From NCBI GenBank assembly GCA_036149055.1, contig JAYZQJ010000229.1, positions 1-40,489 on the forward strand: a stretch of DNA of 40,489 nt, given 5' to 3'. The notes under the pieces were generated by a model. The model did not search any database, was not told the DNA's origin, and worked only from the letters and a program-made list of their open reading frames with translations. Positions 19,935 to 29,023 of this stretch are shown here, in pieces (position 1 is the first letter of the stretch; each line of letters starts with the position of its first letter). The translations under genes and the position numbers were made by a program. This stretch comes from Myxococcota bacterium. Lineage in GTDB: Bacteria; Myxococcota_A; Polyangia; Polyangiales; Sandaracinaceae.

Positions 19935-22900
19935 TCAGGCCACGGCGACGGTCTGGTCGCCGTCCACCGACTTCGCCTGACCGCCGCGGATCTCGACCGC
20001 GACGAGCTTGGAGATGCCGGGCGTCTCCATCGTCACGCCGTAGAGCACGTCCGCCATCTGCATGGTGGTCTTGCTGTGGGTGATGACGATGAACTGGGAG
20101 TGCTTGGTCATCGAGCGGATCGCCTCGGCGAAGCGGCCGATGTTCGCCTCGTCGAGCGGCGCGTCGACCTCGTCGAGGAGACAGAACGGGCTGGGCTTGT
20201 GCTGGAAGATCGAGAAGATGAGGCTGACCGCGGTCAGCGCCTTCTCACCGCCGCTCATCAGCTCGATGGAGCCGAGCCGCTTGCCCGGAGGCTGCGCGAG
20301 GATCTCGACGCCGGTCTCCAGCATGTCGTTCGGATCGGTGAGCTTGAGCGAGGCCTTGCCGCCGCCGAAGAGCTTCGGGAAGACGAGCTGGAAGCGCGAG
20401 TTCACCGCCTCGAAGGTCTCGCGGAACATGCGCTTGCTCTCGCGGTTCATCTGCCGGATGGCCTTGTCGAGCTGCCCCAGGGCGGTCTCGAGGTCGGCGC
20501 GCTGACCGGTGAGGTACTCGTAGCGCTTCGACTTCTCCTCGTACTCCTCGATCGCGGTGAGGTTGATCTCGCCCATGCGCTCGACGAGCCGGATCAGCTC
20601 GGTGATGCGGGTCTTGACCTGCGCGTCCGGGATCTCGCGGAAGTGGTAGTCGCCGATGACCTTCGGGAGGTCGACGCGGTGACGCTCCTCGATGGACTCG
20701 AGCAGGTGCTCGAGGCTCATCGCGAGCTCGCGCTCCTGCAGGGTGAGCTGGGTGACCTGCTTGTCGCCCGCCTCGATCTTGCGGCGGATGTCCACCAGCG
20801 CCGCCTCGCGCTCGCCGAGCTCGTGCTTGGCCTCGTCGTAGCGCGTCCGCGCCGCGCCGAGCCGCTCGTGCGCGTCCATGGCCGACGAGATCGCGAGGTT
20901 GAGCTCCTCGCGCGCGAGGAAGGCGTAGGCCGCGGTCTCGCCCTGCTGGCGGGCCGCCTGCTCCATGTCGCCGCGGAGACGCGTCTCGCGCTCCGACAGC
21001 TCCTCGACCGAGCGCTCGAGCCGCTCGAGGGCGCCGCGGTCGCTCTCCGCCCGCTGCTTGGCCTCGGCCGCCCGGACCTTCACCCCGGTGACGACCTGGC
21101 TCTGCTCGTCCACGGCCGCCCGCTTGGTCTCGAAGACCTCCTGGCCGGCGCTGAGCGCCTGCTGCGCCTCCTGCTCGGACGCGCGCGAGGCCTCGATCTC
21201 CTCCTTGGCCGCGCGCTCCTCGTCGTTGGTCGCCTCGAGCTGCGCGCGGAGCTCGTCCGCCTCCCGCGCGAGCCGCTCGGCCCGCTCGGTCGCCGACGCC
21301 AAGGACTCCTCGGCCCGGCGGAGATCCTTCTCCGCCTTCACGATCGCGATCTCCGCGTCGTGGGCCTCGGTGCGCGCGCTGTCGAGCTGGGCGCGCCGCT
21401 CGGCGATGCCGTTGCGGAGCTGACCGTGCTCGGCGACGACCGACTGCAGCCGCTCGTCGAGGTCCGACACGACGCCGTGCAGCTCGCGGATCTCGCGCTT
21501 GACCGCGATCATGTGCGAGCCGACGCCCTCGCCGCGGCCGCCGGTGAGGCTGCCGTCCGCGCCGACCACCTGGCCGCCGGTCGAGACGATCGCCGACGCG
21601 AGCCCACGATCGTGGAGTCGCCGCGCCGCCTCGGCGTCGCGCACCACCAGCACGTCGCCCAGCAGGTGACGCACGAGCGCGCGGTCCTCGGGGTCGCAGC
21701 CGACGAGGTCGCCGAGCCAGCCGACCACGCCCGGATCCTCGGGCAGGACCGCCGGCGGCTTCACCACCCGGCGCGGGTGACGGCTGACGAGCGTGGCCCG
21801 GCCGCGCTCGCCGCCCTCCAGGAACGCCAGCGCCGCCTCGGCGGCCGCGCGATCGCGCACGACCACGTGCTGCAGGCGCTCGCCGAGCGCGGCCGCGAGA
21901 GCCTCGGTCAGCTCGGGCGGGCACTCGATGCGGTCGGCGACGAGGCCGAGCACGCCCTTGTCGTGCCGGGCCTGCGCGTCGGGCGCGTACTGGCGCATCA
22001 GGGCGCGCACGCCCTCGCCGACGCCCTCGAAGCGCTGCTGGATCTCCTCGAGCGAGCGGAGGCGCGAGCGCTTCTCCGCCAGCTGCCCGCGCAACTCCTC
22101 GAGCGAGCGGTCGGTCACCCGGATGCGCTCGCGGAGCGCGTCGAGCTCCTGCTGCAGCTCCTCGCGCCGCTCCGCCGTCTGCGCCTTGCCGGTGCGCAGC
22201 CCGTGGAGGCGCGCGGCGAGGGCCTCGCCCTCCTGCTTCAGCTCGACGGCCTTGCCCTCGTGCTGCTCGCGCTCCTCGCGCATGCGCTCGAGGCGCTGAC
22301 GGCCCTCGTTCTGCCGCCGCTCGTAGCTCTGCAGCACCGCCTCGGCCCGCGCGATGCGCGCGCGCGCCTCGCCGACCCGGGCCCGGGCCTGCTCGACCGC
22401 GCGAGAGGCCTCCTCGGCCGCGCCGCGCCGCCGCTCGAGCTCGGCGTTCTCCTTGTGCAGGGTCTCGGCCTCGCGCCGCTCCGCCTCCTCGAGGTCGACG
22501 AGCGCGGTGGCGAGCATCTCGTGCTCCTGGGCGAGCGCGTCGCGCTGACCCACGAGGGCGCCGAGCTCGCGCTCCGCGAGGCGCTCCGACTCCCGCAGCC
22601 CCTCGAGGCGCGAGAGGTGCTGCTCGATCTTCCCCTCGAGCACCCGGACGTTGTTGTCCTGCTCGTAGGCCTCGCGCTGGGCGCGCTCGACGACCTCCTC
22701 GTGCTGCTGCACGCCGAGGCGGTCGGCCCCGAGCTCGGCCTCGCGGAGGCGCAGCGCGAAGCGGCTGCCCTCGACCTCGGCGTCGACCCGCTCGAGCTCG
22801 TTCTCGAGCACGCGGCGGGTGACGGTGAGCTCCATCCACTTGTGCGACGCGACGAGCAGCTCGAGGTCGCGGATCTCGCTGCGGTAGCGCTTGTAGCGCT

Positions 22901-23546
22901 CGGCCTTCTGGGCCTGCCGCTTGAGCGAGCTGAGGCTCTTCTCGATCTCGCCGATGATGTCGCTGACGCGGAGCAGGTTCTGCCGCGTCTGGTCCATCTT
23001 GCGCTCGGCGGCCTTCTTCTTGGCCTTGAACTTGGTGATGCCGGCCGCCTCCTCGATGAGGTGGCGACGGTCGGTCGGCTTGGCCGACACGATGAAGCCG
23101 ATGCGGCCCTGCTCGATGATCGAGTAGGCCTTCGTCCCGACGCCGGTGCCGAGGAAGAGCTGGGTGACGTCCTTGAGGCGCACCACGGTCTTGTTGATCA
23201 GGTACTCGCTGTGCCCCGAGCGATCGAGGCGGCGGGTGACCGCGATCTCCGCGTAGTCGCGGTACTCGGGCGGACCGAGCCCGGCGGTGTTGTCGAACGT
23301 GAGCGTGACCTCGGCGAAGGAGTGCGGCCCGCGCGTCTCCGACCCGTTGAAGATCACGTCCTCCATCGCCTTGCCGCGGAGGTGGCGAGCGGACTGCTCA
23401 CCCATCGCCCAGCGGATCGCGTCGACGATGTTCGACTTGCCGCAGCCGTTCGGCCCGACGATCGCGCTGACCTCGTGGTCGATGTGAACCACGGTGCGGT
23501 CCACGAACGACTTGAAGCCGCAGACCTCGACCTTCTTGATCTTCAT
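19935..23546 (-). CDS. smc: Chromosome segregation protein SMC
   Basis: ATG 23546 (MKIKKVEVCGFKSF), Walker A GPNGCGKSN, long coiled coils, hinge with GSLTGG, MSGGEKAL signature, LDEVDAPLD, VITH. Confidence 0.98.
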   Translation of the reverse strand: MKIKKVEVCGFKSFVDRTVVHIDHEVSAIVGPNGCGKSNIVDAIRWAMGEQSARHLRGKAMEDVIFNGSETRGPHSFAEVTLTFDNTAGLGPPEYRDYAEIAVTRRLDRSGHSEYLINKTVVRLKDVTQLFLGTGVGTKAYSIIEQGRIGFIVSAKPTDRRHLIEEAAGITKFKAKKKAAERKMDQTRQNLLRVSDIIGEIEKSLSSLKRQAQKAERYKRYRSEIRDLELLVASHKWMELTVTRRVLENELERVDAEVEGSRFALRLREAELGADRLGVQQHEEVVERAQREAYEQDNNVRVLEGKIEQHLSRLEGLRESERLAERELGALVGQRDALAQEHEMLATALVDLEEAERREAETLHKENAELERRRGAAEEASRAVEQARARVGEARARIARAEAVLQSYERRQNEGRQRLERMREEREQHEGKAVELKQEGEALAARLHGLRTGKAQTAERREELQQELDALRERIRVTDRSLEELRGQLAEKRSRLRSLEEIQQRFEGVGEGVRALMRQYAPDAQARHDKGVLGLVADRIECPPELTEALAAALGERLQHVVVRDRAAAEAALAFLEGGERGRATLVSRHPRRVVKPPAVLPEDPGVVGWLGDLVGCDPEDRALVRHLLGDVLVVRDAEAARRLHDRGLASAIVSTGGQVVGADGSLTGGRGEGVGSHMIAVKREIRELHGVVSDLDERLQSVVAEHGQLRNGIAERRAQLDSARTEAHDAEIAIVKAEKDLRRAEESLASATERAERLAREADELRAQLEATNDEERAAKEEIEASRASEQEAQQALSAGQEVFETKRAAVDEQSQVVTGVKVRAAEAKQRAESDRGALERLERSVEELSERETRLRGDMEQAARQQGETAAYAFLAREELNLAISSAMDAHERLGAARTRYDEAKHELGEREAALVDIRRKIEAGDKQVTQLTLQERELAMSLEHLLESIEERHRVDLPKVIGDYHFREIPDAQVKTRITELIRLVERMGEINLTAIEEYEEKSKRYEYLTGQRADLETALGQLDKAIRQMNRESKRMFRETFEAVNSRFQLVFPKLFGGGKASLKLTDPNDMLETGVEILAQPPGKRLGSIELMSGGEKALTAVSLIFSIFQHKPSPFCLLDEVDAPLDEANIGRFAEAIRSMTKHSQFIVITHSKTTMQMADVLYGVTMETPGISKLVAVEIRGGQAKSVDGDQTVAVA

Positions 23547-23666
23547 CGAATGCGCTCCGGGGAGCAGGCCGGCCCCATGCCGGCGAACCAGTGAACCGGA
23601 GCTATCACCCGGGATCCGGCACTGCAACGCTCCTCACGAGCCTTTGTGGGTGCCACCGAGTGACCA

Positions 23667-23682
23667 CCACCATATATAGTGG
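23667..23682. promoter_or_regulatory. NrdR-box-like operator upstream of smc
   Basis: CCACCATATATAGTGG, a near-perfect AT-rich 16-bp palindrome matching the consensus acaCwAtATaTwGtgt, 120 bp upstream of the smc ATG; a degenerate second box TCACGAGCCTTTGTGG lies at 23634-23649. Confidence 0.75.
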
Positions 23683-23767
23683 GTACCCCCACCTGGATCC
23701 ACTTCCGGTGGGCCGACGGACGGATCCCGGAGGCGATCGCCTCCTGCAGAAGCAGATCGCCCCCGCG

Positions 23768-24364
23768 TCAGCGGGCCCGTTCGGGCAGATCGTCCCGGAT
23801 GGAGAGGTCGCAGGGCGCGATCTCGAGATCGCTGTGCTCCCAGCGCGGCCGCTCGACCCGCTCGAGGTCCAGCGCCCGGAAGCCCGCGTCCGTGTAGAGC
23901 CAGATCCCCTCGATCCAGGCCGCGATGCGGCGCCCGGTGGGTCGGCGCCCGATCACGAGCAGGCGATCGAACACCCAACCAGGCGATCGCAGGCCGAGGG
24001 CGCCGCCCGGCCCGGCCTCCCGCGCGCCTTGCACGCAGACCCCGGCGTACTCGGCGTCCTCGAGCAGCCCCGGGAACGAGCCCGTGTCTCCCACGCGCCC
24101 GGCGATCCCGAGCCGCTGAGCGCTGATCCGGGTGGCCGCGGGGCCGTCGAGGAGGCTGCGCAGATCGAGGTCGTCGAAGAGCAACCCCGCCGGATCGCCG
24201 GCCCGCATCGCGCCCCAGGCCCGGCGACCGACGTCGTCGATCGCCGCGCGCTGCCCCTCCATCGTCGACGGCGCGGTCCGGGGCGTGGACGGGTTCGCGG
24301 TGGCGGGGGTCGCGCCAGCACACGCGGCGAGCAGGACGGATGCGAGGAGAGAGACGCGACGCAC
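23768..24364 (-). CDS. Hypothetical lipoprotein
   Basis: MRRVSLLASVLLAAC lipobox, coding-like codon bias, no family recognised. Confidence 0.75.
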   Translation of the reverse strand: MRRVSLLASVLLAACAGATPATANPSTPRTAPSTMEGQRAAIDDVGRRAWGAMRAGDPAGLLFDDLDLRSLLDGPAATRISAQRLGIAGRVGDTGSFPGLLEDAEYAGVCVQGAREAGPGGALGLRSPGWVFDRLLVIGRRPTGRRIAAWIEGIWLYTDAGFRALDLERVERPRWEHSDLEIAPCDLSIRDDLPERAR

Positions 24365-24416
24365 CCGTGGACGCTACCTCAGCCTGCGAGAGACGCCGAA
24401 ATACCCTCCGAACGCA

Positions 24417-24452
24417 CGAAGCCCCCCGTGGAGGGCTCCACGAGGGGCTTCG
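24417..24452 (-). terminator. Strong hairpin, probable intrinsic terminator or mRNA-stabilising stem
   Basis: Minus strand CGAAGCCCCTCGTGGAG-CC-CTCCACGGGGGGCTTCG, ~16-bp stem with one G-U pair, ~20 nt after the 24472 stop; weak U tail. Confidence 0.65.
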
Positions 24453-24471
24453 AGGGCGCGTCGCGACCGGA

Positions 24472-25884
24472 TCAGCGGATGTTGAAGGGGTAGCTGACCC
24501 GGAAGGTGGTCTGTCGGAACGCCGGGAAGCGGGCGTTACGGAGCGCGCCCTCCATGCAGGCGCCCTGCGGCGAGCCGCCGAAGGGGCTTCCGCCGACGTT
24601 GACGCTGGCGACGCTGCCGTCCGAGCGGACGAGGATGGTGGCGAGCGCCATGCCCACCTGGTCCCCGGCGCAGGTCCGGATCTGCGACATGAGCGGGCCG
24701 AGCGTGCGCGCGACGTCGCGGCGGCTCGGGGTCTCCGGGAGGTCCGCCCGGGCGGCGGCCGACGGCGACGCGGCGACCGCGCGCTCCTGGCGGCTCGGCT
24801 GAGCGGTGCCGGTGCCCTCTCGGTTGGGGCGCCCACCGAGCGCCTGGTCGAGCACGTTGTCGAGCGCGGCGTTGCCGCCCGCCGACGCGCCCGCCGACGC
24901 GGACGCCGACGCCTCGCGGCCGCCGCCTCGCTGGGTCGGGGCCTCGCGCTCGGTCGCGCTGCCGGCCCCGGCGGAGCTCCCCGCCGACGCGCTGCCGCCG
25001 CTCGCCGCGGCGCTGCTCGCGCCCTCGGAGCCGCCCGACGCCTCGCGACGCGTGCGCCCCCGGGTCCGCGCCTGCCCGGCGCTCGCCACCGCGGCGCCCG
25101 CCTCGGCCTCGGCCTCGGTCTCCGCCTCGGCTTCGGCCTCGGTCTCCGCCTCGGCTTCGGTGTCGGTCTCCGCCCCGGCGGCGGCTTCGGTGTCCGTCTC
25201 CGCCTCGGCGGCGGCTTCGGTGTCGGCCTCGACCGCCTCGCCGATGGCTTCGGTCTCCGCCTCCGCCTCGACCTCGGCCCCGACCTCGGCGGTCGCGCTG
25301 CTCGGCGCGCTCGCGATGGGCTCCGAGGGATCGGCCGAGGGCTGGTTGTTCATCAGGAAGAAGGCGGCGCCGGCGGCGATGGCCGCCCCGATGCCGATGC
25401 CGATCCACATGCCCCCGCCGGACTTGGCGGGCTCGGCGACCTCGGCGGCCGCGGGCGCCGCGGCGGCGGCCGCGGCCCCCGCGGCGGCGGCCTTCTTCTT
25501 GGGCTTCTTCTCGCCCGAAGACGCGGCGGCGGCGGCGGCCTTCTTCTTCTTCTTTTTCTTCTTCGCGGGCGCGGCCTTCTTCTCGGACGGCGCGGCGGCG
25601 ACCGCCTCTTCCTCGTCGCCGTCCTCCGCCCCGTCGTCGGCCGCCGGAGCGCCGGCCGCGAGGTCGAGCTTGCCGGCGTCCTCGTCCTCGTCGTCACCGA
25701 CGCGGTTCTCTTCGGTCGGCGCGGGCGGATGGATGGAGGCGGCGAGCGCGGCGAGATCGAGCTTGCCGTCGTCTTCTTCTTCCTCCGCCGGGGCGGGCGC
25801 CTGAGACGGCCTCACCAGCGCGGAGAGCGCCGCGAGCCCGTCGTCTTGCATGTCGTCGTCTTGAGATTTGCTCTTCTCGCTCAC
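24472..25884 (-). CDS. Single-pass membrane protein with low-complexity linkers and C-terminal AgmX/PglI (TonB_C-like) domain
   Basis: Probable GTG start at 25884 after GAGG; acidic and poly-Lys N-terminal region, TM (MWIGIGIGAAIAAGAAFFL), EAEAET repeats, C-terminal QIRTC...DGSV...ACMEGALRNARFPAF...VSYPF. Confidence 0.78.
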   Translation of the reverse strand: MSEKSKSQDDDMQDDGLAALSALVRPSQAPAPAEEEEDDGKLDLAALAASIHPPAPTEENRVGDDEDEDAGKLDLAAGAPAADDGAEDGDEEEAVAAAPSEKKAAPAKKKKKKKKAAAAAASSGEKKPKKKAAAAGAAAAAAAPAAAEVAEPAKSGGGMWIGIGIGAAIAAGAAFFLMNNQPSADPSEPIASAPSSATAEVGAEVEAEAETEAIGEAVEADTEAAAEAETDTEAAAGAETDTEAEAETEAEAEAETEAEAEAGAAVASAGQARTRGRTRREASGGSEGASSAAASGGSASAGSSAGAGSATEREAPTQRGGGREASASASAGASAGGNAALDNVLDQALGGRPNREGTGTAQPSRQERAVAASPSAAARADLPETPSRRDVARTLGPLMSQIRTCAGDQVGMALATILVRSDGSVASVNVGGSPFGGSPQGACMEGALRNARFPAFRQTTFRVSYPFNIR

Positions 25885-26188
25885 ATCGACCTCGCGGCTC
25901 TTCGCTCCGAGCCCACGCTCACCGGTATCGGGCGCGGCTGGCGGACGGGTTAGCACAGCCCTCCGCGCGCCGCGGTGAGCTTTCTTGGGCGAAGCGCACG
26001 ACGATCCTGCCGTGCGCGCGCCCAATCGTCACGTTCATGGGTCAGCGGTTGGACGACCCAGGCGGGGAAATCTTGGCTCTCGAGTCGGGAGTGAAACGCC
26101 GTCGCGCGCCGCGCGCAAGCCGCCTCGCCCCCGAAATTGAGAACGGCGCCGCCCGAGGACGACGCCGTGCTCTGCACCGTGAGGGGTC

Positions 26189-26785
26189 TCACCCGTGCTT
26201 CGAGAAGTACTCCTGCGAGCCGTCGACGTCCGGCTTGATGGTGTCGCCACCCTCGTGCCAGTTCGCGGGGCAGACCTCGCCGTGCTTCTCCACGTACTGG
26301 AGGGCGTCCACGAGGCGGAGCACCTCGTCGGTGCTGCGGCCGAGCGGGAGGTCGTTGATCGTCACGTGGCGGACGAGGCCCTCCTTGTCGATGAGGAAGA
26401 GGCCGCGGAGCGCGACGCCGGCGTCGTCACCGTCGTGCAGCAGGACGCCGTAGTCCTCGCTGATCTGCTTGGTGATGTCCGCGACGAGCGGGTAGCGGAC
26501 GTCGCCGAGGCCGCCCTTGTCGCGGGGGGTCTTCTGCCACGCGAGGTGCGAGAACGCGCTGTCGACGGAGACCGCGATCACCTCGGTGTTCCGCTTCTGG
26601 AACTCCTCGAGCTTCTCGTCGAACGCGATGATCTCGGTCGGGCAGACGAAGGTGAAGTCGAGGGGGTAGAAGAACAGCACCACGTACTTGCCGCGGAACT
26701 GCTTGAGCTCGATGTCGACGAACTCGCGGCCCTTGACGGCGGTGGCCTTGAAGTTGGGGGCTTCCTTCTGAACGGCGACGGCCAT
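26189..26785 (-). CDS. ahpC: Typical 2-Cys peroxiredoxin (AhpC/TSA)
   Basis: ATG 26785 with [40 protein letters not shown]. Confidence 0.96.
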   Translation of the reverse strand: MAVAVQKEAPNFKATAVKGREFVDIELKQFRGKYVVLFFYPLDFTFVCPTEIIAFDEKLEEFQKRNTEVIAVSVDSAFSHLAWQKTPRDKGGLGDVRYPLVADITKQISEDYGVLLHDGDDAGVALRGLFLIDKEGLVRHVTINDLPLGRSTDEVLRLVDALQYVEKHGEVCPANWHEGGDTIKPDVDGSQEYFSKHG

Positions 26786-26926
26786 GGGATCTCCTCCTGA
26801 TCTCGTGCTTCGGGTTGTGGGGGCTCCGATCTGGTCGCTCCGCCGCTCATTTGCAAGCACGGAGTTCGGCCGCGAGACGAAGCGCACGCGGTTGCCGACC
26901 GGCCGCGCGCGGCCCACGCTCTCGCG

Positions 26927-27226
26927 GTGGACGACCCGGGCGACATCGAGGACGCGGCTTCCCGACAGCGGCAGCGCTACGCGACCGCGTTCGGCTGGGT
27001 GGCCGGCGGCGCGCTCGGGCTCCTGACCAACTGGGGCCTGAGCCTGGCGGTCGGTGACTCCTACCCCGTGACGTGGACGACCTTCGCGCTCTTCCTCGTC
27101 GGCGCCTTCGGCGGCATGGCCCTCGCCGATCGCCTCGGGCCCAAGGGGTTCCAGCCCCTCGGCATCGCCGCCGGCGTCCTGCTGGCGGTCATCGTGTCGC
27201 TGGTGCTGGCGTTGGCGCTGACATGA
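26927..27226 (+). CDS. Small hypothetical membrane protein (3 predicted TM helices)
   Basis: 99 aa, three hydrophobic segments, GC-rich third positions; 38-bp convergent overlap with the RimI-like gene. Confidence 0.6.
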   Translation: MDDPGDIEDAASRQRQRYATAFGWVAGGALGLLTNWGLSLAVGDSYPVTWTTFALFLVGAFGGMALADRLGPKGFQPLGIAAGVLLAVIVSLVLALALT

Positions 27227-27614
27227 GCACCGCGTCGGCTCCGCTCGGGTAGTAGCGCGGGCGCCGACCGACCTCGTCGAACCCGGCCGACCGATAGAGC
27301 GCGAGCGCCGCCTCGTTGTCGGCGGCGACCTCGAGGTGCACGACCGAGGCGCCCCGGGCGGCCGCGGCGGCGGCGAACGCGTCGAGGAGCGCGCGCCCGG
27401 CCCCGGCGCGGCGAAGTGCGGGGTCGACCGCGATCTCGTGCAGCTCCGCCTCGCCCGCGATCACCACGCCGTGCGCGTACGCCGCGCGGTCGGGATCGAA
27501 CAGCGCGAGCGCGTGCGGCGAGCTTAGGCTGGGCGCGGCCCGCTCGACGCCGAAGGCGCGCCGGGCGATCGCCTCCACCGCAGGCAGATCGCCGGCTTGC
27601 AGCGCCCGGATCAC
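27189..27614 (-). CDS. rimI: RimI-like GNAT acetyltransferase
   Basis: GTG 27614 overlapping the upstream [53 protein letters not shown]...DAVLM. Confidence 0.8.
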   Translation of the reverse strand: MIRALQAGDLPAVEAIARRAFGVERAAPSLSSPHALALFDPDRAAYAHGVVIAGEAELHEIAVDPALRRAGAGRALLDAFAAAAAARGASVVHLEVAADNEAALALYRSAGFDEVGRRPRYYPSGADAVLMSAPTPAPATR

Positions 27615-28282
27615 GCCTCCCACTCGGCGATGACACGGACGGTCGTCCGGCTGCGCAGCACCTCGATCCACCGACGCACGTCGCGCTGCAGGACCTGCGC
27701 GGCGATCCACGCGCGCAGCACCTCGCGCACCTCCTCGCGCGGGCGCCGGGCGAAGGGGTGCTCCTCGGAGTCGTAGACGCGGTCCACCTGGGCGTCGCTG
27801 ATCACCGTGCTGCCCTCGAGGTTCGCGCGAAGGAACGCGTCGACGTACGCGCGGCGGCGCGCGATCGCGTCGACCTCTTCCGAGGTGGCGCCCGCCGCTC
27901 GCAAGACCGCGGTCAGCCGCTCGGCGCCGCCGGCCCGCGTCTCGATGCGCGCCCGCTCCTCGGCGATCTCCCCGTCGCTCGGCCGCGCCGCGCGCAGCCG
28001 ATCCGCCTCCCGCGCGATCAGCACCTCGCCGATGATCTCCTCGAGCGCCGCGGCCAGCAGCGCGTCGGGCAGCGGCCCGGTCGGCAAGCGCGACGTCTGC
28101 CCCGCGAGCGCGAGGCGCGCGTGCAGCGTCACGTCGCTCCGCAGGATGGCCACGGTGCCGCTCCCGGGCGCCGTGCCGCCCACGAACGCCGCCACGCCCT
28201 CCACCCGCCGCGGGCGCTGGGCGGAGGCCGGGCTCGCGAGCGCCAGCGTCAGGAAGAGGCTAGCTGTCAGCGCTCTCGACAT
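27611..28282 (-). CDS. Exported SurA N-terminal-domain-like chaperone lacking a PPIase domain
   Basis: Signal peptide; VEGVAAFVG...ILRSDV, LEEIIGEVLIAREA, ISDAQV, WIEVLRSRTTVRV resemble SurA N- and C-terminal core segments. Confidence 0.65.
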   Translation of the reverse strand: MSRALTASLFLTLALASPASAQRPRRVEGVAAFVGGTAPGSGTVAILRSDVTLHARLALAGQTSRLPTGPLPDALLAAALEEIIGEVLIAREADRLRAARPSDGEIAEERARIETRAGGAERLTAVLRAAGATSEEVDAIARRRAYVDAFLRANLEGSTVISDAQVDRVYDSEEHPFARRPREEVREVLRAWIAAQVLQRDVRRWIEVLRSRTTVRVIAEWEA

Positions 28283-29015
28283 CGGCGTCGCCCTGCGCGT
28301 CGCCCTGCTCGTCGCTCGGCTCGAGGCCCTCGGCTCCGTCGGCCGCCTCCGGCGCCTTCGCCCGGGGACGGGGGATGTGCTTTCGCTCGCGGAGGAACTC
28401 GAGGAAGGCGAGCGCCGCGTCGAGCTCTCGCGCCGGCAGCACGTCGACGATCTCCCGCAGCCGGCCGCGCTGGGCGTCGGCGATGGCCGCGCGCGACTTG
28501 CGGCCCTTCCGGCGCTCCTGCTCCCGCTCGACCTGCGGGGCCACGTCCTCCGCCGTCGGCACTTGCCACTTCCTCCGCTCGACCGCCTCGATGCCGTGCG
28601 CCGTCAACCAGGCCTCCATGCAGCTCCGCAGCCGCTCCGAGCGGAAGGCGAACCAGCGCTCGCGGTCCACCGGGTAGCTCATCAGCACGTCCTTGAACCG
28701 CCGGAACGCGCCCTTGCCGTCGATCGCGCGCACCAGCTTGTCCCGGAACTCGGGCTCGTCGACGGTGGCGATGAAGCGCTCCATCCAGCGGTACTGCTCG
28801 CGGGAGCTGACGGGATCGACCCGCAGGTAGCTCGCGTCGCGCATCACGCGCTGGTGCATCTGCGGATCGGCCACGCCGTCCACGATCCGGATCACCTCGC
28901 CGGTGTCCAGGTGGAGGTAGCTGTGCACCTCGGGCGCGTTGTTCTCGAAGGCGTCCTCGAGCGCCTCCCACGCGATGGGCACTTCACGAGGGGTCGCGTC
29001 GTTCTTCTTGCTCAT
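28260..29015 (-). CDS. UPF0158 family protein
   Basis: ATG 29015; LEDAFE...YLHLDTGEV, SREQYRWMERFI, AIDGKGAFRRFKDVL, RERWFAFR. Confidence 0.88.
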   Translation of the reverse strand: MSKKNDATPREVPIAWEALEDAFENNAPEVHSYLHLDTGEVIRIVDGVADPQMHQRVMRDASYLRVDPVSSREQYRWMERFIATVDEPEFRDKLVRAIDGKGAFRRFKDVLMSYPVDRERWFAFRSERLRSCMEAWLTAHGIEAVERRKWQVPTAEDVAPQVEREQERRKGRKSRAAIADAQRGRLREIVDVLPARELDAALAFLEFLRERKHIPRPRAKAPEAADGAEGLEPSDEQGDAQGDADVESADS

Positions 29016-29023
29016 GAGTCGAT

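Noticed and set aside
20076..23594. 1172-aa plus-strand ORF and similar long ORFs (136-1395, 3977-7282, 7252-10503, 16233-18590, 37968-40121)
   Set aside because: These are antisense or off-frame shadows of clearly identified genes, expected from high-GC codon bias.
25095..25290. Short tandem repeats (gcctcg/gtctcc) as a non-coding repeat locus
   Set aside because: They encode the EAEAET linker of the 24472-25884 membrane protein.
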